64,000 nucleotides of DNA from the human T2T-CHM13v2.0 reference genome, Homo sapiens (GCF_009914755.1 NC_060938.1); one strand, 5' to 3'; counted from the first letter of the stretch, positions 40,750-62,193 are shown. The notes: generated from the letters alone by a model not told the origin. Numbers and translations are program-made.

Positions 40750-42097
40750 TGAGACTGAGGGTCAGAATTACTCTGGATTTTTGTGGGGTGAATCCAGCCA
40801 TTTCACTTTATTATTTTATTGTTCAAAGTGTTGTGTGCATGTGGTTTAAAAACATCGAATGGGGCTAAACATTTTACATGAAGCAGGCCTTTGTCCCAGC
40901 TCTTCACAGATCACTTCGCCTGTTCCCACCCTTCCTCAATCCACGGCTTCCCACATTTCAGCTATATTTATTTTTACTTTTTGAGGTGGAGTCTCGCTCT
41001 GTTGCCCAGGCTAGAATGCAGTGGTGTGATCTTGGCTCACTGCCACCTCTGACTCCGAGATTCAAGCGATTCACGTGACTCAGCCTCCCAAGTAGCTGGG
41101 ATTGCAGGTGTGCGCCACCGTGCCTGGCTAGTTTTTTGTGTTTTTAGTAGAGGCGGGGTTTCACCATTTTGGCCAGGCTGGTCTCAAACTCCTGACCTCA
41201 AGTGATCTGCCTGCCTTGGCCTCCCAAAGTGCTGGGATTATAGGCGTGAGCCACCAAGCCCATCCTATCTCAGCCATTTCTTCTGTTATTTACTTCCATC
41301 ATATTTCTGAGTATTGATTTTTGTTCTTCCTCTTTTCCTGTTTTTTTTTTTTTTGAGATGGAGTCTGAACATGTTGCTCAGGCTGGTTTCAAACTCCTGG
41401 ACTCAAATGATTCTCCTGCCTCAGCCTCCTGAGTAGCTGGAATTACAGGCGTGAGCCACCATACCTGGCTTCTGAGTAACATTTCTATTGCAATCTCCTG
41501 ATTCACCGGCTTTAGACTTCCTATCTCGGACCTTAAAAGTTAGCTCTTTTGCACTACACTCATGTCCCTTTCCTTCCCATCGTAATTGTATCATAATTTT
41601 TATTTAAATCCATTTAAATTGGTTCTGTTATTATGGATATGTAAATATTAATTCTTGCAGAACCAAGTAGTATGCAATGATTATATTTCTTTACACGTAT
41701 TTTTTGCAGCAATTTTTCATTCGCCTTATTTTCATTATACATATTGTAATTATTTTCGTGTCCTTCAACAGTCTTCCCAAATTTTGAAATAATCAAACCT
41801 GTCAAATTATCTACTCATCTATTTTTTTCCTGAAGACCTCTCTCCATCCTCTTGTTCTGCTCTAGCCCACTGTTTCATTATTACTGCTGCTCATGGAGAA
41901 TACGATCAAATTCTCTCCTATACCAGATTTCTTATCTCCTGGTTATCCTCTAATTTATTTTCTTATTTTAATGGATCATATTTTCAGTAGTTTTTAAAGA
42001 AAGGGCATATCACAAGTGAAAATTTGAGAAAGTCGTGCATGAAATCTTTTTTTCCTACCCTCATATTTGATTCAAGTGTGGAAATCTTTTTCATTCA

Positions 42098-42645
<548 letters not shown>

Positions 42646-42834
42646 TAAGCATCTGCTTTCCACTTTGAAACAAAGGAGATATTGAGACAGAAATTCAAAA
42701 GTTTGAGTTTGGTTTTGTGCTGATGCTGAATATTTTAATAACTTTTTTGAGTTAATTTACTCTTAATGAATTTCCTATGTACTTGAGTATAATTTATATT
42801 TGTGACTACCTAATCCATTACCTAATCTTATAGG

Positions 42835-42865
<31 letters not shown>

Positions 42866-43240
42866 TTTTCGAGACAGGGTCTCACTCTGTCGTCCAGGCT
42901 AGAGTGCAGTGGTGCGATCTTGGCTCACTGCAACCTCCACCTCCCCAGGCTCAAGGGATTCTTGTGCCTCTGCCTCCCAAGTAGCTAGGGTTATAGGCAT
43001 GTGCCACCATGCCTGGCTAATTTTTTGTGTTTGTAGTAGAGATAGGGTTTTGCCGTGTTGCTCATGTCTGGTCTTGAACTCCTGCGCTCAAGCGATCTGC
43101 CCTCCTCGGCCTCCCAGAGTGCTGGGATTACAGGCGTGAGCCACCGTGTCCAGCCCATAGTCTTATAGGTTTAGTTCATTTCTCACCCATGCCAGCCTGA
43201 TGGGCCCTTTTTTTGTAGCAGCAGTTTACTTGAATATTGA

Positions 43241-43498
<258 letters not shown>

Positions 43499-45609
43499 TG
43501 ATCCTTCTGCCTCAGACTCCCAAAGTGTTGGGATTACAGGCGTGAGTGACCACACCTGGTCAACAGGAATTTTTTGATGTTGACATAACTAAGTGAATTT
43601 TAGATCTCCTTTAAAGTTTTAGGAAAGCTGGTTGTCCTTATTATTCCAATAATCTGAAGAAGGCCTCCTTTCAGAGTTTCCAGATAAAATGTGGGACATA
43701 CTTACCCAAAAAAAAATTATTTGGTCGGGTGCAGTGGCTCACATCTGTAATCCCAGCACTTTGGGAGGCTGAGGCGGGCAGATCACTTGAGGCCAGGAGT
43801 TTGAGACCAGCCTGGCCGACATGGTGAAACCCCATCTCTACTAAAAACACAAAAAAATCAGCTAGGCATGGTGGCACATGCTGGTAATTCTAGCTACTCA
43901 GGAGGCTGAGGCATGAGAATCATTTGAATTTGGGAGGCGGAGGTTGCAGTGAGCTAAGATTGTGCCACTGCACTCCAACCTGGGTGACAAAGCAGACTCT
44001 GCCTCTAAGGAAAAAAAAAAGTTATTTGTTGTTTAGCTGAAATTCAAATTTAAATAGGCATATGGTTTTTGTTTTTGAAATCTGTTATCCATACCGCCTG
44101 TGCATGTGTGTGCATAAGAAATAATATGGGGCTGGTGTTTTATCTTATTTTTAATTTTTTTGTTTGTTTGTTTTAGAGACAGGATCTCACTATGTTGCCC
44201 AGCTGGTCTTTCAGCTCCTGGGCTGAAGCAGTCCTCCTGCCCTGCCTCCCAAAGTGCTGGGATTATAGGCATGAGCCACTGTGCCCGACCTGGTGTTTTA
44301 ATTACTTTTTGAAAGGCCCAATACTTTTGTTTCATCTGCTTTTACTTTGTCTTTGGTTAGTCATAGAAAGAACTGAAAAAGGAGCCAGATGAAATAAACA
44401 GTGACTCTGACTTCAGCATCACTGTGGGCTTAAACAGATGTAAGCTTACAGAGAACTTTTGGACATGGAAAGTGATTTGGTTCTTTCCTTTCTGTGCTAA
44501 TGTTAAATTTAGCTTTCACTTTTTTTTCCCCAGCATTTCCAGAACTCTCTCTTCCTTTATTCCCTTACAGTGATAATCATTTTCTACTCAATTTTAGATT
44601 CGATTGGTATTACCTTTGGCTTTCTTTTTGCCAGTATGGTCTAGCAGACAGAGCAGGCTTTGTAATCAGACCAACCTTGTTTTTATTCCAGACTCTTTGA
44701 CTTACTAGCTCTTTGATCTTTTTGATATTACTTAATTTGAAGGCTCTTGTGAGAATAAAATTGAGCTAATATAGTTTACATAAAGCACTTGGTATTGTGC
44801 CCGGCACATTGTAATGCTAGTTATCATCCCTTTCCTATGCAAATTGGGATGAGGGAGTCAGCATTATCACTTCGCATTGTTGAAGTTCTCAATAATGACA
44901 TAGAAACATAGTTACAAATGAATATTGCCTAATGGGCTGAGAATGGATCCCTTTAAAGTAATTCCTTTGTTTCAGTTTAATCATATTTAGCTGTGCTTTT
45001 AAAAGCTTGAATTTTTAGTCCTATTCCTGGCACTCTGTATTAGCTACCAATATTTGCTTTTAAAAATTAATAAAAATATGAAAAATCAAGAATAGGCAAA
45101 TCCAGAGAGATAGAAAGTAGATTAGTGGTTCAGGAGCTAGGGAAGGAGAATGGGGAGTGACTGCTTAATCAGTACAGGGTTTCTTTTTCTTTTTTCTTTT
45201 AGAGACTGGGTCTCGTTCTGTCACCCAGGTTGAAGTGCAGTGGCATGAACACAGCCCACTGCATCCTCGACCTCCTGGGCTCAAGTGATCTCACCTCAGC
45301 CTTCCAAGTAGCTGGGACTATAGGTGTGTGCCACCATGCCCGGCTAACTTTTTATTTTTTTTGTAGAGACGGGGTGTTCCTATGTTACCCAGGCTGGTCT
45401 TGAACTCATGGGCACATCCCATGATGTTCCCTCTTCTAAAAGGACTGTTACTGCTTAAATTATACCAATTCCTGACTTTTTTGCTTATTGTCATTTTGTA
45501 AAATGGAGGCAAGGGAAAAGTGATTCAGAGAAGACGTTGTATTGTTTATGATTACTTTTATCCTTATTTTATTTTTGAAGCATTAAGAGTATCAACAGTG
45601 CTGAATTAA

Positions 45610-45780
<171 letters not shown>

Positions 45781-46078
45781 TAATTATTTCCAAGGAAATC
45801 ATCCTAATAGTGAATATATTTTATCTTCAATACATAATTATTACTATGAAGTTGATAAGACACAAAGTGGATTGAAATCTTATCCCTACAACTGTATTTA
45901 TTTCTGGATCCAACATTAAAGTAGTCAGTTGTGTATTTTTACCCCCATATACCTGATTACAACTAGAATTGATTTTGAATCTACAATGTTTGAAAAGGAG
46001 ATTTTTAAAAAGACAAGTTATTTTCATTTCAAATTTATACATCAGAATTTTGGACCTCTCTTGAGCATTTTCGTATAG

Positions 46079-46351
<273 letters not shown>

Positions 46352-46429
46352 TGATCTGCTTGCCTTGGCCTCCCAAAGTGCTGGGATTGCAGGTGTGAGC
46401 CACTGCACCTGGCCCATCTTGTCTCTTAA

Positions 46430-46828
<399 letters not shown>

Positions 46829-47492
46829 TAAATATAATTACTATAATTTCTTTCTTTTTTTTTTTTTTTTTGAGATGGAGTCTTGCTCTTGTTGCCCAGG
46901 CTGGAGTGCAATGGACCGATCTCAGCTCACCACAACCTCTGCCTCTTTCTTAATCAAGCGATTTTCCTGCCTCAGCCTCCCTAGTAGCTGGGATTACAGG
47001 CATGAACCACCACGCCCAGCTAATTTTGTATTTTTAGTAGAGATGGGGTTTCTTCATGTTGGTCAGGCTGGTCTCGAACTCCCAACCTCATGTGATTCGC
47101 CCTCCACTCAGCCTCCCAAAGTGCTGGGATTACAGGCGTGAGCCACCGCGCCCGGCCATATAATTTCTAAACTGGTCTTCCTGCCACCGGTTTCTTCTAC
47201 CCCATTTCCATCTACTATAGTAAATACATAATACATTTGATCACTGCCTTCTTCTTAAATCCTTTTACAGTTTGCTATAGATCAGCATGTTTTAAAAACA
47301 TTTGTATTTGAGTACCTTTAGTTGGGACTGCGCTGTCCAGTCTTCACTGTTCCCATTACCTTACATAGCTGGGATGTCACCTATCTTATCTGCTAGGACC
47401 TTCAGACACTTAAGATTATCCACTAGATCAATGTTTTTCAAACTTCCAGACACACACCCCATTAGTGGATGTGAAACTGAATTAGTAAATCA

Positions 47493-47924
<432 letters not shown>

Positions 47925-48441
47925 TCATGGTATAAAATTATTCTTACTGATCATTATAAACATTTTTTGAGGAATACTCCTCAGACCCTAAGGTTTACAA
48001 AGTTCAAATGTTAGATAAGATTCTAATTATATTCCTCTAGTATCTTTCCAACTGTGATCCTTAGTCTTTTTCCTCATCTATAAAACGGGAATAACAGCAG
48101 TCTCTATCTTACTGAGTTGTGAAGATTAAGGAAGCACTTAAATAAGGGATTAAGGGGCTTAGGGTAGTGCCTGGCATAAGGCAAGTGACGTTATCTTTGT
48201 GGGCTATTTTCCAACTCACTCCTATCCCCATTCCTAAACATGCTATGTTCTTCCTGACCTCCATGCCATTTGTATGTGCACAGGGAAAATCCACTTAAGA
48301 CTTTTCTGGTGATTTCTCCAGAAATCCTTTCCAATTTGTCCATTCTGGTGCAGATGCCTCTTTATGTCCCCAAAGCAACTTGTGCTTCCATTTATTATAT
48401 AGCACCTATACACTATACCATTTTCCTTTCTCCTTCACTAG

Positions 48442-48675
<234 letters not shown>

Positions 48676-48719
48676 AGGAACAAGTGCTATTCCAATCTAA
48701 AAGTCTCTGAGGGAACCAT

Positions 48720-48739
48720 AGTAAAAAGTCTCTTATAAA
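48720..48739 (+). terminator. RPGRIP1: Candidate RPGRIP1 variant poly(A) signals AGTAAA (48720-48725) and TATAAA (48734-48739)
   Basis: Variant hexamers 45-60 nt after the stop, followed by GT/T-rich sequence; no AATAAA seen on + before the SUPT16H end. Confidence 0.6.
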
Positions 48740-48965
48740 GTTAGCTTGCTATAACATGAATTTGGTTTACTGTGATGTCTAGTGTCTCTCAATCTAATGA
48801 TGAAAGTTTAGAATGATGAAAGTTTCATTTGTAAAACTAGCTAGCTAAAGGCATTTTTCTCCAGTACCTTAGCACTTTACCAGGCAGGAAGCAGGCTTGC
48901 TTTCAAGAACTGAAAATGAACGGTCACAGGTGAATTTACAAAAACAAACAACAAAAAAAACCCAG

Positions 48966-48971
48966 TTTATT
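48966..48971 (-). terminator. SUPT16H: SUPT16H distal poly(A) signal AATAAA
   Basis: TTTATT on +; followed in transcript sense by a TTTTTTTTGTTGTTTGTTTTTG GU/U-rich element. Confidence 0.8.
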
Positions 48972-49875
48972 CATCTTTTAGTTCTTCCAAAATTGAAAAT
49001 ATCAAGTCCTACTGCTAAGGAGAAAAAACAAACAAACATAAAATCCGGGACCCCTCCCCCCTTCTTCTCTTAAAGTCACAGAGCACGGAAGGAACTGCAG
49101 TGGGACAGGTGGGTGCAGAGAACCAGAAGGGGAGGATGGCAAGATAAACTCCCCAAATACTTGAAAAGCTGTTCAACAGAAACTGTGATAAATACAGGAC
49201 AATGCAAGACAAAGTTAAAATAAGGAGCAGCAGTGCCGAGAGGCTGTGTTGTAGATATGGCCTCCCTTCCTCTTCTCTTTTCTCATCAGGGTATTCTAGG
49301 CCCAAGGCATGACTTGTCCCTTCCAGATCTAAATGTTGACTCCTTTGAGCCTTCCTCTACATTTCACTAGAAGCGGTACATGAGGCACAACCTGATATAT
49401 CTTCCTTAGATATATGAGAAAAAAAAGAAGACAGTGGCAATTTTGCCTTCTATCATTGTACCATGTGTGCATTGTATGGAGAAAATAACCGAGCCAGGGA
49501 GTATCACTGCTTCTTATGTCTTCCAAGGCAGCAGATATACCTCAGAATCTGCACGAGGCAGGAAAGCAGGAAAACTCAGACGAAGGCACCAGCCCAATCT
49601 GCCTCACTGGCTCAAGCTGTATGGTTTATCACAACCATTAGCAAATTTCCGAGAACCTTGAGTATTGCAAAGATAAAACTTAGAGATGTGCGGAAGGTCA
49701 TGGCAGTAGGGTAGGTTGGAGGATTGAATGTGCTGGTCAAGAACCATGATACGGGTAATTAAGGGTCACCTTGTACCACTGTCTTGGAAATACAGCTTTG
49801 AGACACCAAATAAGATGTCAGAAGCCATCAATGTCTTGGCAGAAGGTGACAGGAAGAGAGAAGAATGAAACAATA

Positions 49876-49881
49876 TTTATT
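49876..49881 (-). terminator. SUPT16H: SUPT16H proximal poly(A) signal AATAAA (candidate)
   Basis: TTTATT on +, ~250 nt after the stop, with U/C-rich downstream sequence. Confidence 0.55.
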
Positions 49882-50131
49882 AACAGCGGGAGCCTCCTCC
49901 TGTCTTCAAGAACACCTCCTCCCTTGCCATCTGAATGGGGCCATTGGCACGTGTCCTGGTGGGCCTGGAATTCCCCGAGTAGATTGGTCCACACAAATGG
50001 CCCCCTAAACCCATAAACACAAATGGCAAAACTTCAAATGAAAACGAAAGGAAAAATACAGTTTCTATGTCATGTAAAATTTTCAGGGGTTGGCTGGAGG
50101 AAGAATGGAGCTCAGGGCCAAAGTTCAGAAG

Positions 50132-50293
<162 letters not shown>

Positions 50294-50941
50294 TTATTAG
50301 TTAGCAATAGGTAAGCTTTAGGTACCTAATATTACTGGATAGCATGAGATAGTACAGAGAATACACTTTGGAATCAGACCCAAGTTTTAATATTGGGCAA
50401 GTACTTTCTGAACCTTGGTTTATTTACAAAAGGGAGAATTATTTAAGGGTTAAATAAGGTAACCTATGAAAACTACCTATTCCCAATGCTTGGAACACAG
50501 CAGTTAATATTTATTTCCTTTTAAGCTTTAAAACGTTTGTTTGGGGTTTGGCTTCAGAGTAACTAGATTAGCATTATAAAGACATGCCTAACCTGGAAGA
50601 AGCCTAGAAAATTAAAGTATTATAGGATTTAGGTTTGGAAACTGAGTAGGCTAATTCTTGAGTATTACATGAATATGTGGCTATCATGGCTATAGGAAAG
50701 ATGGGGGCTTGCGCAGATGAAAACAGCATCCAGTTTGGCAGAGCACTGCCCACTGGAGAGTATGGACACATTCCACACCTCATTTTCTCCTTCAGTCAAT
50801 GAAGTTGTATCTGTGGCTCCAAAGCACTTTTATAGTGTTCTTTTGTTACTTTCATTACGCCATCAATACTAACACCTCAAAATATTGAAATGTGTTAGAA
50901 ATTTGTGCGTAGACAAATGAATAAAAAACAACACATTTTTA

Positions 50942-51046
<105 letters not shown>

Positions 51047-51159
51047 TTAGTCATCATGCGGGAACAGAATGGAACGACAGAGTTCTTAGTCTAAAAAAAG
51101 TAGTTTTCAGAAATGACATTCGATTAGGAAGCCAGGACGAACTTTGCTCTGTAAGACTA

Positions 51160-51330
<171 letters not shown>

Positions 51331-51809
51331 TTACCTTATTAACTTAATGAATTAATTCAGCCCACATAGTATACCAGTATTTACATGAAGAAAACAAGAG
51401 CAAAATAATCTGAGGGATCAAGAGATAAAATGACTTGTTTAAAATTAGTGGTCAGGTGCAATTATTATTTTACTATTATTATGTATTATTACATTTCTGA
51501 AAAATTCACGTTAGCCTTCCTCACCCAGGGAAATTAACAACAGAAAGACTTTCTGTATTTACGTATCACACAAACGTTAAGTGGATCATTTTTTAAAAAA
51601 TAATTTTTGCAAAATGCCCTGAAGGATTTTTCCCTAAATGCTAAGAAACTCATTGAGGAAAAGTTTTTGTAATTTCCAAGAAATCTTGTCAGGAGTTAGT
51701 TACCACTGCCCAATCAATTTATCAATTTGAAGAAACAATAATATCAAGTGGTGTTTAGAGCTTCTCCCAGATGGCCTAGTCCCTTATGTACTACTCATAT
51801 TCCATTCTA

Positions 51810-53043
<1,234 letters not shown>

Positions 53044-53309
53044 TCACTGCTTTCCTATGTGTTGTTTATTTGATGCAAAATCTGTATGAAGGTAGGAACA
53101 AATTTTTTTTCCCAGTACCTAAAGTGCCCTGTATTTAGACAATGCTCAAATGACTTTCTCTTTCTCACTTCTGTTGAGGAGGGCTGAATCAGTTAAGAGT
53201 GGGTAAGAAGAAAAAAATCAAAGAAATGACAATAGTAAGGATAAAAACAAACAACCATAAAATCTGCCTGAGAACCACTGGCATAAATCCACTTTAGACA
53301 ATATACACG

Positions 53310-54025
53310 GCAACTTCTGCTTCCAGCCATGATGGAGTAACAATGACTAGATTTACTTTCCCACCTTAAACAACTACAAAACAAAATATGAAACAACAGT
53401 TTTCAGACATTGGATAAAAAGCAGCACAAGACCATAATCCCTGAAAGAAGGAAACAACAAGGGTTAATTGAACATTTGCCCCAGTTTTCTGTCTAGAGGC
53501 AATTCCTAGCCTGCTATGCAGGGAGGGAGAATCCACCACAACCTGATGGTCTCCAGGAACTGAGACAAAGTAGGATTTGAGAAGGCTGGGACAGCTAGAA
53601 TTTGTGGAGAAGAGTACAGGAAGGAAGAGTTTCCCAGAGAGAAAGCTCCAGAGATCTGCAGAGGGGTCCCCTCAAGTCTTTGGTGGAGGGACGATCTACA
53701 CATTCATGAGAAAACTGGAACTGCATAAAGAAGCACTGGAAAGCAGTAGGACAGACAACTCCCAATCTCACACAGAACTAGAAATAAATCGTGTTCCAGT
53801 GGATTTATTTCCACCACCTTTCCACCAGCTTCAGCAGAGAGATCTCACAATCCACAGGGCATCAGGCAGACTCTGAAGAGTATTGCCTCGTAGTAAGGCC
53901 AATTACTTGGAAGTTTTTGAGTGAAACTTTTAAAGGCTGTTCTAAATCCACACTAATAGACATTTGAGAACAAGCCTTGAAAGATCAAACAGAATCCAAC
54001 TAACTTGACTGCATCCTAGAATAAC
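53310..54025 (+). mobile_element. Old L1M 5'-end fragment
   Basis: ACTTCTGCTTCCAGCCATGATGGAGTAAC...AACAACAGTTTTCAGACATTGG resembles ancient L1M 5'UTR. Confidence 0.6.
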
Positions 54026-54651
54026 CTCATCTCTAGTAAAAAAAAATTAGCTGGGTGTGGTAGCACATGCCTGTAGTCCCAGCTACTTGGGATGCTGATG
54101 CAGGAAGGTTGCCTGAATCCAAGAGTTTGAGGCTGCAGTGAGCTGTGACTGCACCACTACACTTGAGCCTGGGCAACACAGTGAGACCCTGTCTCAAACA
54201 ACCACCACCACCACCACTACAAAATATGTAGAAAATATAAAGATAATGGGTGAAGAGCAGAAAAGGATGCTTCAAAAGCTATTGTAAATATGCTCTACAT
54301 TGACTGGGTGCAGTGGCTTGTGCCTGTAATCCTGGTACGTTGGGAGACCGACGTGGGAGGATCGCTTGAGCCCAGGAGTTTGAGACCAGCCTGGGCAACA
54401 CTGAAAACAAAAAAGATCTTAGATTTTGATTTTCTTTGTGTTAAGTATGCACAAGCTATTGTTGGGAATTCAAGAAAAAGTGAACAGCTCCGTTATCTAA
54501 TAGATCTCAAGTTTTCAAGTCCTGGTCTGTAACAACCAAAAGGCAGTCTCACTTTAAGTATATCAGTAGATTTTATGCACAACATACCACATTCAAATTC
54601 TATAAAACAGGGCTCATGGGCTAAATGGGAGACTGATGGCAGATTTACTTA

Positions 54652-54825
<174 letters not shown>

Positions 54826-55100
54826 TCAGGGAGAAACTGAATCATTAGCATATAAGTATTTCCCCCAAAGCAATAATATTTCAAATAACTTTCATGATCT
54901 AAATCACTACATAAAAGATAACTTAAGCTGTTTTTTGGTTTTTTTTTTGAAAGACTGAGGCAGTACAACATACTAAGAAGCCACAGAAAAAGGATCTGCA
55001 AGATACAAAAATCATCCCTCAAGGAGAATAAACTCAAGGAAACTATGTGAAGGAACCATTTAAAATAAACTATTTAAAAAGACATTATCTTAAAAAATAA

Positions 55101-55262
<162 letters not shown>

Positions 55263-55310
55263 TGAGTTTTAAGTCTAAGTAAATATCAAAAATGAAAATG
55301 ACAATAATTA

Positions 55311-55475
<165 letters not shown>

Positions 55476-55769
55476 TTAAGACTGAGCTCATCACGAGAGA
55501 GACTGCTCCTACCACAACAGACAAACTTCTTCCCTCTCCCCATTCCAAACAGCTCCAGCATACTCACTGGAGACTCATCCAGAGGAAGCCTCTTAAGAGT
55601 TAGCCACTCACCTAAACCCTTAAACATTTTCAAGAAAAAATGGATGTCTCAAAGATTATTAGTCATAGGAAAAAAGGATATGATATGTTAAATTATTATT
55701 AAAGGAAGAATAATTTATTGTACCAAAAGACAGACCAGTCAAACTTCAAGCCAAAAATAAGATAGGTTA

Positions 55770-55901
<132 letters not shown>

Positions 55902-55964
55902 TCAAATACAGCCATCACATTTGTTAACAGTACCTCCCCTCAAAAAGTCTGAAGTGCTTTTGTG

Positions 55965-56072
55965 CTTTAAAATAAAAATTCCAACTTTTAAGTTCAGGAG
56001 TGCATGGGCAGGATGTGCAGGTTTGTTACACAGGTAAACGTGTGCCATGGTGGTTTGCTGCACAGATCATCC
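55965..56072 (-). mobile_element. Short L1PA 3'-end fragment
   Basis: GTGCAGGTTTGTTACACAGGTAAACGTGTGCCATGGTGGTTTGCTGCAC. Confidence 0.8.
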
Positions 56073-56300
56073 CTGAAGTGCTTTCGTTGCCCTTCATTCT
56101 CTCGTAACTATAAAACTAACATGTACATACACCTTTAATATTTAAGGTCACCATGCCATTACCTGTCAAGCTGAGTCTGCAACCTAAGCCTAAACTATTG
56201 TAATACCCTATCTCAGCAGATACTTGAGTTGCTCTGCACAAACAGATTCAGGGTTGTTTATTTATTTATTTATTTATTTTTGGAGATGGAGTCTTGCTAG

Positions 56301-56441
<141 letters not shown>

Positions 56442-56500
56442 TAGTAGAGACAGCGTTTCACTGTGTTAGCCAGGATGGTCTTGATCTCCTGACCTCGTGA

Positions 56501-56788
<288 letters not shown>

Positions 56789-56927
56789 TGATCTGCCCAT
56801 GTTGGCCTCCCAAAGTGCTGGGATTACAGGCGCGAGTCACCACGCCAGCCCAGTTTGTTTATAAAATACAATCCCTGAGCTTGGATTTGGCCTCATCCTC
56901 CCTCACTATCCTGCAAATACAATACTA

Positions 56928-57173
<246 letters not shown>

Positions 57174-57469
57174 TTAAACCACCCCTGGTGTCATCATAAA
57201 TAATGATGCTTGGGAATGGAAACAGTGTACATTTGAAAAAGTGCTGTGCTCCTACTTATTACAGGAACTTTGGAAATCATGTTGGTAACAAATCTTATCT
57301 AAAGCAAAACTTCATTTTAGAAAGAGAAATCTGGAGATCTCGTATAAAACATTTGCTGGCCACCATATAACACACCAAAGGAACAAACATGCTTATGAGC
57401 CCCTTCTAGATGCCAGGCCTTGTGGCCTTTAGAGGCATTATTTTATTTAATCCTCTTAAATGTTCTTAA

Positions 57470-57853
<384 letters not shown>

Positions 57854-57855
57854 TA

Positions 57856-58208
<353 letters not shown>

Positions 58209-58278
58209 GATGGCTCTTTGTCATATTTTATTATCTGATCTGTCATTCCTAACAAATGTGCCCTGAAGAGAAAGCCTA

Positions 58279-58428
<150 letters not shown>

Positions 58429-58470
58429 CTAAGCAAGAAGAAAATTAATGTGAATTGTCACATATCCTTA

Positions 58471-58689
<219 letters not shown>

Positions 58690-58729
58690 TTATAGACATT
58701 CCTTTTTCAGGCCAGGGAAATTGTACTGA

Positions 58730-58978
<249 letters not shown>

Positions 58979-59653
58979 TGACCAGGCTGGTCTTGAACTC
59001 CTGGCCTCATGTAATCTGCCTGCCTCTGCCTCCCGAAGTGCTGGGATTACAGGCGTGAGCCACCATGCATGCCCATTCCTTCTTTTTTCATTTTTCAAAT
59101 CTGGTATAACATCCCCAAATTATCCCATTTCACACCATGAAATCATAGAATCCAATGTGGCACCAGTTTTCTTATTTGAAGATTCTACTGCAATATATGT
59201 TTATTACTTTTAACACTTATTTTCATAATTATTATTTTTTTGAGACAAGGTCTCGTTCTGTTGCTCAGGCTGGATGGAGTACAGGCAAGATCAGGGCTCA
59301 CTGCAGCCTCAACCTCCCAGGCTCAAGGAATCCTCTCACCTCAGCCTCCACAGTAGCTGGATGACGGGTGCACACCACCACCCCTGGTTAATTATTTTTT
59401 AGAAGAGACAAGGTCTCACTATATTACCCAGGCTCAAAATATGTTTAGTAAATATATAGTATCTTCAAGAAGATTCTAAATTGGGATCCATCCTGAAAAT
59501 AGTACAAAGTCAAGAAGGCGATCCGAAACAAGTACCAATGAGGAAGGCTTTGACATTTACTAGGTAGGGAAAATGTAGCACAGACAATGAAATGTTTCTG
59601 AGAGTACCACTCCAGACAAGATGAATCTGGGTATGACTTTTCTTGGGGACTCA

Positions 59654-59830
<177 letters not shown>

Positions 59831-60209
59831 TTAGTAGTTACAGAGATGTTAAAATTAAGTTAGGAGTTACAAATTGACCGCTCTTAACCTTAATCTAAAT
59901 CTAATAAATTTACATAATTTATCTTTTTAATAATGAAGTATCCTTTTCCCAAAAAAATCTCTGAATTCTCAAAGTACCTTGTACCATGAATACAACTAAA
60001 AGTTAAACAATGATTAAACGAAGTTGAAAGAAAGATAGGCAAATTATGTTTCTAGACTAGTTTAGCTTTCTACTAAGTGAAAAAAACTGAAAGAGGAAGG
60101 AGAATGACAAGACAAGAGGGATGTCAGTAACTGAACAGAGTCTGAAGGAGTCAAAAGTGGGAGACATGATGAATGCAGATTATTTATGGCAAATACAATT
60201 ACTATTTTA

Positions 60210-60467
<258 letters not shown>

Positions 60468-60490
60468 TCACTGCTCAGTGAAAACTCTTA

Positions 60491-60628
<138 letters not shown>

Positions 60629-60675
60629 TTATCACAACACGTGAGCCATATGACAGCCGAGATCAATGTAATTTA

Positions 60676-60786
<111 letters not shown>

Positions 60787-60895
60787 CTATGGAAAAAGTC
60801 ATAATCAAAAAATGAAATTTTAATTATTTTAGCCAATATTATTTAACTTCTTTATATCCTAAACTTCCTATACTACTTATCTATCTTCTTCCTAC

Positions 60896-60961
60896 CTTTA
60901 GGAAAATCCCCACATTCTTCACTTTCTTCTTCACAGAAGTGAGAACAGTAGCTGGGCCATC
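60896..60961 (-). CDS. SUPT16H: SUPT16H exon 11
   Basis: DGPATVLTSVKKKVKNVGIFLK. Confidence 0.96.
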
Positions 60962-61155
60962 CTAGAATTAAAAGGAGAATGAAGACACATAATTTAAAAG
61001 AGGCAATTTCATTTTCTAACCTAGTAAACGGCTGGGCAATGCTTTGAATCTTTTGGACACTAAAATGTTTGACAATGAATAAATATAGTTTTTATCCTTC
61101 TAACCTCTAACCTCTCGTCAGGAGCTACAATTTTTTTTCTTTTTCTTTTTTTTGA

Positions 61156-61473
<318 letters not shown>

Positions 61474-61691
61474 TAATACAGGTTTGATTTGAAGCCTGGC
61501 TCAGTTGCTTTCTACCTCAGTGACATTTGGCAAGTTACTTAAACTTGTCTGTGCCTTCAATTTATCTGTAAATGGAGGTAATAAGAGTATCTACTTCACA
61601 AGGTACTATTTCAATGAATTAATGTAAACTGCTTAGCTTATGATAAAAACACTGAACTATCTGTGCTCACTATTATTAAAAATCAGTTCCT

Positions 61692-62020
61692 GCTGAGGGA
61701 AAGAAGCCAGTCACAAAAGACCACATAGGGTATGACTGAATTTACATCAACTGCTCAGATGTTTAGCAAATCCTTAGAGAGAACGCAGTTTAGTCATTGC
61801 CTAGGCCTGAAGAACCAGTGGGGGAAGGGAAGGGGGATGGGGAGTGACTGCTAATAGGTTCAGGGTTCTTTCCTGAGGTGATGAAAATATTTTCAAATTA
61901 GATTGTAGTGATGGTTACACAAATGTGAAAATACTAAAAATCACTAAATTGTACATATCAGGTGGGTGAATTGTATAGTATGTGAATTGTAGCTCAATAA
62001 AGCTGTTATTAAAAAGAAAA
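61692..62020 (+). mobile_element. L1MB/L1ME-like 3' end
   Basis: GAAAGAAGCCAGTCACAAAAGACCACATA...GGTGAATTGTATAGTATGTGAATT...CTCAATAAAGCTG plus A-tail. Confidence 0.8.
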
Positions 62021-62193
62021 AAGAATAACCGGTTTCATTATTAGTATTAGTTCCTGATATTATCATTATCAAGGTTCAAGCCACAATATGACAATATGAT
62101 TTAAAGGTTTATATCATTCCCTATACCTGGGCTACAGTCTCTATTCCTAGCTGCATTAGGTTAGGCTGTCACACGGATTCTTCCCCTTAGCTA

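Larger units (their letters stand above)
48945..50131 (-). other. SUPT16H: SUPT16H 3'UTR (approximate 3' end)
   Basis: Repeat-free stretch between stop TAA (50132-50134) and the distal AATAAA. Confidence 0.75.
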
